A stretch of DNA of 64,000 nucleotides, taken from positions 2,752,001 through 2,816,000 of the forward strand of contig OZ242383.1 in assembly GCA_965209155.1 (NCBI GenBank). Reading direction: 5' to 3'. The stretch is from a bacterium. GTDB lineage: Bacteria > SAR324 > NAC60-12. Position 1 is the first letter of the stretch, and every line of letters starts with the position of its first letter. The position numbers and the translations under genes were made by a program. This document shows positions 20,034-29,701 of this stretch, piece by piece. The notes under the pieces are model-generated. The model did no database searches, was not told the origin of the DNA, and saw only the letters and a list, made by a program, of their open reading frames with translations.

Positions 20034-20215
20034 ATTTACCTTTCCCGAAATATAATAATCAGATTTTTCAATAACTTTCCTGGGATTGAACCCGACTCTC
20101 TTTTCCTCCTTCCACCACTACCCAATGAAGGGAGTATTATACTTAAATATGGACCCAATTCAGTGAGAGACGCCAGACACCCTACAACAGGTAGCTAAAA
20201 ACTCACAGCTAATAG

Positions 20216-21175
20216 CTACCGATAATGAATCCGCGGATCGAGCCAGGCGTAGCTTATGTCCACCAGGAGATTGACGATCAGTACAAAACCCGCCAAAACG
20301 ACATTGATGGCGGAGACGACGGTATAATCGCGGATCTTTAAAGCATCTACCAGGAGCGCCCCGACACCAGGCAGGGAAAAGATGATCTCCACCACCACGG
20401 CTCCACCAATCAAAACCGGGACTTGCAGACCCAGAATGGTGACCAGCGGGATGAGGGTATTCTTCACCACGTGCCGGATCACCACGACTCTTTCCCGCAG
20501 CCCCTTGGCCCAGGCCGTCCTCACGTAGTCCTGCCGGAGCACCTCCAGGATCAAGGTACGGGTCATTCTCATAGTAAATCCGGAGAACCACATCCCCATG
20601 AGCAGGGACGGAATAATCATGATTCCCAGGTTGGCAAGGGGATCTTCCCAGAATTCGACATAAGTCAACACCGGGGACCAATGCCACCAGAGCGCGCCAT
20701 AGAGCAGGATCATCGTGGCCAACCAGAACGTGGGGACGGTGATGAGGAGAATGGCAAAACTACGTAGTAAATTATCAGTCGTGGACTCGGGACGCAGACC
20801 GGAAATAATACCCACCGGCAGGCTGACAATAAACCCGATGATGATGGTCAGGATACCGAGTTCAACTGAGACCGGCAGTCTCAGGAGGATGTCTTCAAAG
20901 ACCGGGGTGCCAGTCCATAGCGATTTACCAAAATCTCCTTGCAGCGCCCCTGTGATCCATCTCCCGTACTGGACATAAGCAGGCGCGTCGAGCCCCAATT
21001 GTTGCTCCAACAGCTTGCGGAGTTCCTTCACGTCCCCGCCCCCCATCGCGAGTTGAGCGACCAACAGGTCGACCACGTCGCCCGGAATGAAACGGAGGGT
21101 GAAAAAAACGATGATCGAAATCAGGAAAAGGGTGGGGATAATCAGTAAAACCCTTCTGATAATATAGGCTTGCAT
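20216..21175 (-). CDS. Peptide/nickel ABC transporter permease (DppB/OppB-like)
   Basis: YIIRRVL...IPGD, GDFGKS, DYVRTAWAKGL, YAWLDPRI. Confidence 0.95.
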   Translation of the reverse strand: MQAYIIRRVLLIIPTLFLISIIVFFTLRFIPGDVVDLLVAQLAMGGGDVKELRKLLEQQLGLDAPAYVQYGRWITGALQGDFGKSLWTGTPVFEDILLRLPVSVELGILTIIIGFIVSLPVGIISGLRPESTTDNLLRSFAILLITVPTFWLATMILLYGALWWHWSPVLTYVEFWEDPLANLGIMIIPSLLMGMWFSGFTMRMTRTLILEVLRQDYVRTAWAKGLRERVVVIRHVVKNTLIPLVTILGLQVPVLIGGAVVVEIIFSLPGVGALLVDALKIRDYTVVSAINVVLAGFVLIVNLLVDISYAWLDPRIHYR

Positions 21176-21229
21176 GATCTCCCTTACCTGGTGGTCAGTT
21201 TTTTTAGAATAATTAATGATTTCAATGAT

Positions 21230-21600
21230 TTTTCACTCCAGTCCCGGATGCAGTTACCACGTCTCGTTGCATACCCCTGGATTCCTGGTCAAGCCAGGAA
21301 TGACAAAAACCGGGAAATCATGATTTTTCATTCCAGTCCCGGATGCAGTTGCCACGTCTCGTTGCATACCTCTGGATTCCTGGTCAAGCCAGGAATGACA
21401 AAAACCGGAAATCACGTCCGATTACCTGAGGGGTAGCGGAGTTTTTTTCCTTTGTCATTCCGGCCCCCGATCCGGAATCCATGACTTCCATAATCGATTT
21501 CTGGATTCCTGGTCAAGCCAGGAATGACAAAAACGGGAAATCAAATCCAACTTGATATGATCGAAAGCCCGTTCCCCCCTTTGAAAAAAAGGGGGATGGG
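21230..21600. repeat. Cluster of palindromic repeats (TGGATTCCTGGTCAAGCCAGGAATGAC x3) plus CCCCCTTTGAAAAAAAGGGGG hairpin
   Basis: Three copies of the 27-nt palindromic core in two unit types; terminal GC hairpin immediately after the SBP stop. Confidence 0.92.
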
Positions 21601-21603
21601 ATA

Positions 21604-23343
21604 TCAGTCATTACACTCGCGACCGCTTTTTTCTTTCTTCAAGGCGCAGTCGACCCAGAGGAACTTGTTGGTGTACCAGAAATTGAGCGAGAATCCCTGT
21701 TCTCCATTATAGTTCTTCAACCACGGTTGCCAGTAGTTGTGCGGATAAAACACAACCGAGAATAAATACCAGGCGTTGCGCAGCGCAGTGAGATTGATCG
21801 CTTTCCATTTTTCAAGTCGCTCCATAGGATCGGCGGTCGACTTCGCATCCTGAAAGTTGGCATCCCAAGTCGGGTCGGTAATATGGCCGACATGGGGCAT
21901 GGTGATGTTCATGTCAAATGTCAAAAAGTGCCAGGGGCTCAACCCGGGGGAACCTGCGTCTTTCACCGCAAACCCTTTGTGCCCCGGCTTCATCAGCAGA
22001 TTCTCCAGCGCTGTGAGATCCATCAATTTGATTTCGGTGTTTATGCCTACTGCGGCGAGGTAACCGGCAATCACTTCGGCCTCTTCCTGGAAGATGGCGG
22101 TCACCACCTCGGTGTCAAAGCCATCGGGATAACCGGCTTCGGCCAGGAGATGTTTAGCTTTTTCGGGATTATACGTAAAAAGTTCCTGGATATCCGCAGG
22201 CAGTTCCTCCAGTCCCATAAAATAGGGGGCCATTCCCTCGTAGGTCAAACTTGTCATAATCGCCGAGCTTCCCCCATAGAAATCGTCAACGATCCCTTGA
22301 TGGTCAATGGCCAGCATGGCCGCGTGACGCACCCGTTGATCATTCCAGGGCTCCAAGTCCTGCCGCACGGGCATTGCCCAAAAGTTTGCCGAGGTTTCGG
22401 TATGCATCAGTTCGGGATTGGTTTTCGACAGTTCGACCACGTAATCGTGCGGAACCCCATACCAGGGGGCAATCTTATCCAGTTTGCCGGTGCGTAGTCC
22501 TGCCAAATGCGTCCCCCAATCAGCAAAGTGGACCATCTTCATACCATCGAGATAGGGCAACCGGTTCTCGGGATGGAGGGGATCATAGTCCCAGTAGTTT
22601 TGATTCTTTTTGTAGGTGGTCGTCCCCCCGCTGACAAAATCGGTGGGGATGAATGCTCCTGTGCCCAAGGTATTTTTCCAATCCTTCCGGTCCATCTCTC
22701 CGATCTCTCGGGGTAAAACAGCCATCATGATAGACAGCCACCATCGTGGCATGACGGTATAGTCTGGAGTTTCCCAATGCACGAGAATATTCCGACTATC
22801 CAGAGCCGTCATTTTGTAGGGTTGGCCCCAAAGAGTTACATTCAAATTGAAAGCAAACGCGACATCTTCCGCATCTACCTCTCTTCCATAGGCGCTCTCC
22901 AGTTGCTCATTCGGCCGGACCACATCCTCCTTATTCCAGAAATGAATGCCCCGGCGGATTCTTATTTTCATACTGGTGCCATCCAGGAATTCCCAATGTT
23001 CGATCACTCCACCTGTCATATGCGGCCAAGAGGGTTTCACGTCGGTAAAGAGCGTCTCGCCGGTACCGGACTGCCCTCTCGTCCAGTCCATTTGCCAGAT
23101 AGGGTCATATAACACGGCAGTTGTATGACTCACATGAGGGCCTGCCATCGGATCCCACACTGTGAGCCCGGCCCGCATGAGGTCGGTGATGGAGCCTCCA
23201 TATTGCGGTTTCTCCACTTCTTTGGTGACCTCCGTGCCATCGAGTTTCCTCAGCTTCAAGGTCACCATTTCCGCAGCAGACACGGCGCCTGCTACCAACA
23301 ACACGACCAACAAGGTCATCATTTTTTTACTGATATGATTCAT
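21604..23343 (-). CDS. ABC transporter substrate-binding protein, family 5 (copy A)
   Basis: Signal peptide from MNHISKK (RBS GGAGG), PQYGG, GTGAF, LPYLDG, RVRHAAMLAID, AKHLLAEAGYPDGF. Confidence 0.92.
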   Translation of the reverse strand: MNHISKKMMTLLVVLLVAGAVSAAEMVTLKLRKLDGTEVTKEVEKPQYGGSITDLMRAGLTVWDPMAGPHVSHTTAVLYDPIWQMDWTRGQSGTGETLFTDVKPSWPHMTGGVIEHWEFLDGTSMKIRIRRGIHFWNKEDVVRPNEQLESAYGREVDAEDVAFAFNLNVTLWGQPYKMTALDSRNILVHWETPDYTVMPRWWLSIMMAVLPREIGEMDRKDWKNTLGTGAFIPTDFVSGGTTTYKKNQNYWDYDPLHPENRLPYLDGMKMVHFADWGTHLAGLRTGKLDKIAPWYGVPHDYVVELSKTNPELMHTETSANFWAMPVRQDLEPWNDQRVRHAAMLAIDHQGIVDDFYGGSSAIMTSLTYEGMAPYFMGLEELPADIQELFTYNPEKAKHLLAEAGYPDGFDTEVVTAIFQEEAEVIAGYLAAVGINTEIKLMDLTALENLLMKPGHKGFAVKDAGSPGLSPWHFLTFDMNITMPHVGHITDPTWDANFQDAKSTADPMERLEKWKAINLTALRNAWYLFSVVFYPHNYWQPWLKNYNGEQGFSLNFWYTNKFLWVDCALKKEKSGRECND

Positions 23344-23613
23344 ATATCCTCCATTTATCGAGAATGATTGAGAAATACAGGCGGCCCCATTCCGCATTCG
23401 TGAATTCAACATGCCAGATTCCTGATGAAAAGTTGAACAAAATTGATTTTCTCGCGTGATTGCCTCATTGCGCTCTCCTTTTAAAAATGAACAAAACGTG
23501 ACGCTCTCTGGTGTCGATGTTTTCCGATGATCCCCTGCCTTTCCAAGACTGGAAGGTAAGAATTGGAATTTTAAATAAAAATTTATAAACCGCTTGTCAA
23601 GATTTATTTAATT

Positions 23614-24040
23614 GAGGGGTAGCGGAGTTTATTTTTCCTTTGTCATTCCGGCCCCGATCCAGAATCCATTACTTCCATACTCGATTTCTGGATTCCTGGT
23701 CAAGCCAGGAATGACAAAAACGGGAAATCACGTCCAACTACCTGAGGGGTAGCGGAGTTTTTTTTCCTTTGTCATTCCGGCCCCGATCCGGAATCCATTA
23801 CTTCCATTCTCGATTTCTGGATTCCTGGTCAAGCCAGGAATGACAAAAACGGGAAATCACGTCCAACTACCTGAGGGGTAGCGGAGTTTTTTTCCTTTGT
23901 CATTCCGGCCACCGATCCGGAATCCTTAACTTCCATACTCGATTTCTGGATTCCTGGTCAAGCCAGGAATGACAAAAACAAGAAATCAAATCCAACTTGA
24001 TATGATCGAAAGCCCGTTCCCCCCTTTGAAAAAAAGGGGG
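23614..24040. repeat. Three tandem ~130-bp palindromic repeat units (GTCATTCC...GGAATGAC family) plus terminal hairpin
   Basis: Units start GAGGGGTAGCGGAG at 23614, 23744, 23873; each has two hairpins CCGG..CCGG and CCTGG-TCAAG-CCAGG. Confidence 0.95.
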
Positions 24041-24047
24041 TGGGAAA

Positions 24048-25790
24048 TCAGTCATTACACTCACGACCGCTTTTTTCTTTCTTCAAGGCGCAGTCGACCC
24101 AGAGGAACTTGTTGGTGTACCAGAAATTGAGCGAGAATCCCTGTTCTCCATTATAGTTCTTCAACCAGGCCTGCCAGTAGTTGTGTGGATAATACGCCAC
24201 AGAGAACAAAGCCCAACTGTTACGCATAGCGGTGACATTGATCGCTTTCCATTTTTCAAGCCGCTCCATGGGATCGGCCGTCGACTGCGCGTCCTTGAAG
24301 TTGGCATCCCAAGACGGGTCGGTAATATGGCCGACATGGGGCATGGTGGCATTCAGATCGAAGGTCAACCAGTGCCACGGGCTCAACCCGGGGGAACCAG
24401 AGTCTTTCACTGACATTCCCAAGTGCCCTGGCTTCATCATCAGGTTCTCCAGCGCTGTGAGATCCATTATCTTGATTTCGACTTCAATGCCCACTGCGGC
24501 GAGGTAACCGGCAATCATTTCCGATTCCTCGGCGAATACCGCCGTCACCAACTCGGTTTTAAAGCCATTGGGATAGCCGGCTTCAGCCAGGAGTTGTTTC
24601 GCTTTTTCGGGGTTATAGCCAAAGAGTTCCTGAACATCCGCGGGGTGTTCTTCCAAGGTCATATAATAGGGCTCCTGCCCCTTGTAGGTCAAATTGTGCA
24701 CAATTTCCGCGTTTCCACCGTAGAAATCATCAACAATCCCCTGGTGGTCGATGGCCATCATGGCCGCATGGCGCACCCTGATATCACTCCAGGGCTCCAA
24801 GTCCTGTCGTACAGGCGTATGCAATGCATTTGCCGAGGTAGGGGCGTGCAGCACCTCGGGGTTGGTCTGCGACATTTCGACCACGTAATCGTGCGGAACC
24901 CCATACCAGGGAGCAATTTTATCCAGTTTGCCGGTACGCAGCGCTGCCATCTGTGCTCCCCAATCCGCTGAAAAGTGAATCATCTTCATGCCATCGAGAT
25001 AAGGCAATCGGTTCTCGGGATGGAGGGGGTCATAGTCCCAGTAGTTCGGGTTCTTTTTAAACGTGGTCGTCCCTCCACTGACATAATCGGTGGGGATGAA
25101 GGGACCGGTGCCCAAAGCATTTTTCCAATCTTTCCGGTCCAGGTCTCCGAGTTCTCGGGGTAACACAGCCGTAAAGACAGAAACCCACCACTGTGGCATG
25201 GAAGTATAGTTAGCGGGCTCCCAGCGGATGATAAGGTTCTGACTGTCCAGAACCACCGCTTTGTACGGTTGCCCCCAAAGGGAACTGTTCAAATTGATGG
25301 CAAAGGCGACATCCTCGGCATCGGCTTCTCGTCCGTAAGCAGTCGCCAATTGCTCATGAGGCTGGACGACATCCTCCTTGTTCCAGAAGTGAATGCCCCG
25401 GCGGATTCGTAATCTCATGCTATTGCCATCTGTGAATTCCCAATGCTCGAGCACCGCTCCTGTGGCATACGACCAAAGGGGGAACACATCGGTAAAGCGC
25501 GCCTCGCCAGTCCCCGAGGATCCTCTCGTCCAGTCCATCTGCCACATATTGTCATGAATCGGGGAAGTCATATGGGCAATATGGCGTCCCCCCATCGGGT
25601 CCCACACCCCAAGCCCTGCCCGCATGAGGTCCGTGATGGAGCCTCCATATTGCGGTTTCTCCACTTCTTTGGTGACCTCCGTGCCATCGAGTTTTTTCAG
25701 CTTCAAGGTCACCATTTCCGCAGCAGACACAGCGCCTGCTACCAACAACACGACCAACAAGGTCATCATTTTTTTACTGATATGATTCAT
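24048..25790 (-). CDS. ABC transporter substrate-binding protein, family 5 (copy B)
   Basis: Close paralog of 21604-23343 with the same motifs; N- and C-termini nearly identical. Confidence 0.92.
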   Translation of the reverse strand: MNHISKKMMTLLVVLLVAGAVSAAEMVTLKLKKLDGTEVTKEVEKPQYGGSITDLMRAGLGVWDPMGGRHIAHMTSPIHDNMWQMDWTRGSSGTGEARFTDVFPLWSYATGAVLEHWEFTDGNSMRLRIRRGIHFWNKEDVVQPHEQLATAYGREADAEDVAFAINLNSSLWGQPYKAVVLDSQNLIIRWEPANYTSMPQWWVSVFTAVLPRELGDLDRKDWKNALGTGPFIPTDYVSGGTTTFKKNPNYWDYDPLHPENRLPYLDGMKMIHFSADWGAQMAALRTGKLDKIAPWYGVPHDYVVEMSQTNPEVLHAPTSANALHTPVRQDLEPWSDIRVRHAAMMAIDHQGIVDDFYGGNAEIVHNLTYKGQEPYYMTLEEHPADVQELFGYNPEKAKQLLAEAGYPNGFKTELVTAVFAEESEMIAGYLAAVGIEVEIKIMDLTALENLMMKPGHLGMSVKDSGSPGLSPWHWLTFDLNATMPHVGHITDPSWDANFKDAQSTADPMERLEKWKAINVTAMRNSWALFSVAYYPHNYWQAWLKNYNGEQGFSLNFWYTNKFLWVDCALKKEKSGRECND

Positions 25791-26232
25791 ATATCCTCCA
25801 TTTATCGAGAATGATTGAGAAATACGGGCGGACCAATTCCGCGTTCGTGAATTTAACATGCCAGACTCCTTATGAAAAGTTGAACAAAATTGATTTTCTC
25901 GCGTGATTGCCTCATTGCGCTCTCCTTTTAAAAATGAACTAAACGTGACGCTCTCTGGCGTCGATGTTTTCCGATGATCCCCTGCCTTTCCAAGACTGGA
26001 AGGTGAGAATTGGAATTTTAAATAAAAGTTTATAAATCGCTAGTCAAGATATTTTAATACAACTTTATTGCCAAAGCAATCAAAATTAATATATATTCTA
26101 GCTACAAGAATCAAGGGAAACATAGTTTTTTTATTCGTTTGGAATCAGGGCACCTCGAATGAAGTCGAACTTTTATTTTAAGTAACCCGAGTTTGAGATA
26201 AGCATTTAAATCAATCAAATTGAGCGACAACA

Positions 26233-27483
26233 ATGAATAAACACCATCACAATTCAAGATCCGCCTTGCAGGACCTGAAAATTTTAGACATGACCCGCGT
26301 ATTGGGGGGACCTTATGCCACGCAAATCCTGGCAGACCATGGGGCGGCGGTCATCAAAGTCGAGGCTGAAACAGGCGACGAAACACGAGGTTGGGGTCCG
26401 CCTTTCAGACGTGGGGTGTCATCCTATTTTTTGAACTTGAACCGCAACAAGAAATCAATCGTGATCGATTTACGTCGTAATGACGGTAGGGAAATCGTCT
26501 TACGTCTTCTGCGGGATACGGACGTTCTCCTGGAAAATTTCAAGACGGGTACGATGGAAAGATGGGGACTCGGCTATCAACAGATTTTGCAGGAAAAGTT
26601 CCCGCAACTGGTCCATTGCCGAATTTCCGGATTCGGTGAGAACGGCCCGTTTGGAGGCGCTCCGGGTTATGACGCGATCTTGCAAGCCATGACCGGAATG
26701 ATGTCGATCAATGGTATGGAAAGTAGTGGAACAGTTCGTATGGGGGCTCCGATGGTCGATATGGGTACCGGTCTCTACAGCGTGGTCGGAATTTTAATGG
26801 CGCTTCTGGAAAGGCAGCGTTCTGGATTGGGCCAATTTATAGACATGACCCTTTATGACAGCGCATTGGCTCTCACTCATCCATACAATGCCAACTATTT
26901 CATATCTGGAAAACCCGGTAAAGCAGTTGGTAATTCACATCCAAACATTTCTCCCTACGACAAGTTCAAAACCAGGACCAATGAAATTTTTCTGGGAATC
27001 GGAAATAATGCGGGGTTTGCTAAACTTTGCCAGGCGTTGGGTTTGTCCGAGTTGGCTTCAGACCCCCGATATCACACCAACGCGGATCGGGTGAAGAACA
27101 GGGATACCTTGAACAAAAAGCTGGCAGACGTGTTGTCAGACGTCGATGGGGCGGTGTTTGCTGAAAAACTGCTCGCTGCCGGTTTACCTGCTGGTCCGGT
27201 GCGGGATATGAAGGAAGCGCTGGATCATCCCCACACCCATCATCGCCAAATGCGTATCCGCAAAGATTGGTATGAAGGGATCGCTTCTCCGATTAAGTTC
27301 ACTCGCTCAAAATCCGTTGGCATCCGCCAACTCCCCCCGTTGCTGGGTGAACACACTCGAGAAGTACTCGTAAAAGCAGGCTACAGTGAGACTGAAATTG
27401 AGGAACTCCTGGCCGATGGTACGGTTTCTGAATACGTCGCAGGTGCAGTGCTTTCCGATGCGGCATCTTTACAAGAAAAGTAA
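26233..27483 (+). CDS. CaiB/BaiF family III CoA-transferase
   Basis: LKILDMTRVLGGPYATQILAD.GA.VIKVE, NRNKKSI.IDL, ENFK.G, GYDAILQA. Confidence 0.95.
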   Translation: MNKHHHNSRSALQDLKILDMTRVLGGPYATQILADHGAAVIKVEAETGDETRGWGPPFRRGVSSYFLNLNRNKKSIVIDLRRNDGREIVLRLLRDTDVLLENFKTGTMERWGLGYQQILQEKFPQLVHCRISGFGENGPFGGAPGYDAILQAMTGMMSINGMESSGTVRMGAPMVDMGTGLYSVVGILMALLERQRSGLGQFIDMTLYDSALALTHPYNANYFISGKPGKAVGNSHPNISPYDKFKTRTNEIFLGIGNNAGFAKLCQALGLSELASDPRYHTNADRVKNRDTLNKKLADVLSDVDGAVFAEKLLAAGLPAGPVRDMKEALDHPHTHHRQMRIRKDWYEGIASPIKFTRSKSVGIRQLPPLLGEHTREVLVKAGYSETEIEELLADGTVSEYVAGAVLSDAASLQEK

Positions 27484-27557
27484 CTATTTAGGATTCTTTA
27501 GATCCCCCATTGATTTAAGCACAGATTTTGCATGGCATAAAGTCCAGAAAGGACATT

Positions 27558-29075
27558 ATGCTCTCGAAAGTTCATAAGTATATTCATTCCATTTCATCGA
27601 CAGCCCCCCTTGAGGCTCTTCAAGAAGCCTGTCAACTCTTTGAAAAAGAACGGGAGCAATGGAAGAAAGAGCGATTAAAACTCCTCGAACGTCTCGAAAT
27701 AGAAAATAAGCGTATTGAAGCGCTCGAAGCAGAAAATAAGCAACTTCGGGATCAGCTGGCTCTCAACAGCCAAAACTCAAGTAAGCCTCCTTCCAGCGAT
27801 CCAAGTCGAAAGAACAAAAGTTTGCGTAAAAGCAGGGGTCGCTCTCGCGGAGGTCAACCCGGTCATAAAGGCCATCATTTGCCTTTCAGTGAATCACCAG
27901 ATCATGTGGAGCCTCATTTTGTCAGCACCTGTGAAGCCTGTGGAGAAGATTTATCCCAGGTGATGGTTGAGGCCCGGCATAAACGCCAAGTGTTTGATCT
28001 TCCCCCGCTCCAATTAGAGGTCACCGAGCATCAGGTGGAACAAAAAATTTGTCCCTGCTGCCGGCATCTGAATCGCTCGAGCTTTCCAGCAGGGATTGAG
28101 GGACCCACTCAATATGGTCCCCGGATCAAAGGCTTAGCGGTTTATCTCAATCAATATCAGTTTCTGCCCTTTGATCGATGCCAGCAATTCTTTGAGGATC
28201 TGTTCGGCCATCCGCTCAATGCGGCCACGATTTATGCTAGCCTCCAGCAAGCCGCCCAGAGGCTTAATCCCTTGCAACAACAAGTGGCTGAAGCTCTGAT
28301 TCAAGCGGAGGTGGTTCATTTTGATGAAACCTCCCTCTTTGAAAACAAACAACGTCGTTGGCTTCATTCAGCCTCTACCGAAGAGTTGACCTTTTATTTT
28401 ATCCACGACAAACGGGGTCGAGCCGGAATGGATGCTGCCGGTATCCTGCCTCGGTTTGAAAAGACAGCCATTCATGATCACTGGGAGAGCTACCAGCATT
28501 ATGAGTGTGATCATGGCTTTTGCAATGCGCATCATTTACGTGAACTCACTCGGGCCTGTGAACAAGAAAAGGCCTTCTGGGCTCAGGAGATGAGCGACTT
28601 ACTGGTAGAGATCAAAGAGCAAGTAGACCAAGCCAAGTTCAAAGAACAATCTGCTTTGAGTCCAATCCAACTGGATCACTTCCGGCAACGCTATCGGGAT
28701 ATCACCCAAGAAGCCCTTAAGCTCTATCCTCCCCCTCCTCAAACAAAGAAACGAGGACGCCCCAAACAGAGCAAAGCCAAAAATTTACTCGATCGCTTGA
28801 TCCTCTATGAAAAGGAAAGCTTGTTATTCATGGATGACTTCCGGGTTCCTTTTGACAACAACCAAGCCGAGCGAGATATTCGCATGGTTAAATTGAAACA
28901 GAAAATCTCAGGCGGCTTCCGAACGGCTGAAGGATCACAGGCTTTTTGTACCATCCGAGGAGCTATTTCCACTACCAGAAAACAGGGAAAATCCATCTTC
29001 GAGATGCTCACACAGGCTTTGTCTCTCCCGGATCCAGTCCGGGACAAGCTTTTACCTGCGCCTCCTTGTTACTGA
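27558..29075 (+). CDS. IS66-family transposase
   Basis: Coiled coil + NSQNSSKPPSSD, GGQPGHKG, CEACG/CPCC zinc finger, HFDET, HDHW, CNAHHLREL, FDNNQAERDIR. Confidence 0.96.
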   Translation: MLSKVHKYIHSISSTAPLEALQEACQLFEKEREQWKKERLKLLERLEIENKRIEALEAENKQLRDQLALNSQNSSKPPSSDPSRKNKSLRKSRGRSRGGQPGHKGHHLPFSESPDHVEPHFVSTCEACGEDLSQVMVEARHKRQVFDLPPLQLEVTEHQVEQKICPCCRHLNRSSFPAGIEGPTQYGPRIKGLAVYLNQYQFLPFDRCQQFFEDLFGHPLNAATIYASLQQAAQRLNPLQQQVAEALIQAEVVHFDETSLFENKQRRWLHSASTEELTFYFIHDKRGRAGMDAAGILPRFEKTAIHDHWESYQHYECDHGFCNAHHLRELTRACEQEKAFWAQEMSDLLVEIKEQVDQAKFKEQSALSPIQLDHFRQRYRDITQEALKLYPPPPQTKKRGRPKQSKAKNLLDRLILYEKESLLFMDDFRVPFDNNQAERDIRMVKLKQKISGGFRTAEGSQAFCTIRGAISTTRKQGKSIFEMLTQALSLPDPVRDKLLPAPPCY

Positions 29076-29386
29076 AACTCCCCTTTTTTTAAACGTTTCG
29101 CCCCTTGCGGGCAAAACGTATTCCTGGCAAACATAGCATCGTCAATGCGATTTTGTAGATCGTGAAAACGAGTTGTCAGTGGAGTATGCTCCTCCATGAT
29201 TTACCTCCCTGGCAAAGCGTTTACGATCATTATCGCCATTGGAAAAAACACGGAATTGTGGAGTGAACCTTCGCTTTTTGGCTCATGATCATAAAGAAGC
29301 GGATCTCCCTGATTGATAGATTTTTAATTTTTTTTTACGAATCCTGCATTTTTTTTAATTTGGGGGTTGACATTATGCAAGTAGTA

Positions 29387-29399
29387 GTAGTGCTATAAT
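29387..29399 (+). promoter_or_regulatory. Outward-facing extended -10 element within the IS66 right end, with TTGACA upstream at 29367-29372
   Basis: TGCTATAAT at 29391-29399; equivalent TGnCAAAAT and TTGACA in the two solo copies. Confidence 0.6.
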
Positions 29400-29701
29400 C
29401 ATACCATCACTAAGTTGTTTTAGTGAAAGAAGAGGGTTTCCGATCGATGGAACAATATCGTGGGAGGACTTGAAAACGATCAGTCCTCTCCGGAAATTTT
29501 TTTCAACGTTATTTGACTAAACGGGTTTTCAGAGACCTGAATAGTTACCAAGAAAATGAAAAATCTTAGAGAGGATGACATAGACACCAGGATACTCCTC
29601 TTATTGAAGATTTATGTCGAACTCAGGTTACTCTGGACGGGAGATCCCCTTCAAAGTACCAGACGATTAAAGCAATCGATTCGCGTCTTTCTTATCCTTG
29701 A

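Larger units (their letters stand above)
27480..29548 (+). mobile_element. Intact IS66-family insertion sequence (single-ORF, ISBst12-like), 2069 bp
   Basis: Terminal IRs GTAACTATTTAGG / CCTGAATAGTTAC (12 of 13 match); 8-bp target duplication CAAGAAAA at 27472-27479 and 29549-29556. Confidence 0.95.

Noticed and set aside
23614..23997. CRISPR array or tRNA cluster
   Set aside because: The ~130-bp units repeat in full with no unique spacers and no cloverleaf/TTCGA-CCA features; they fit intergenic palindromic repeats
21604..25790. DGR-like template/variable pair between the two SBP genes
   Set aside because: Differences involve all bases across the gene, including silent sites; this is ordinary paralog divergence
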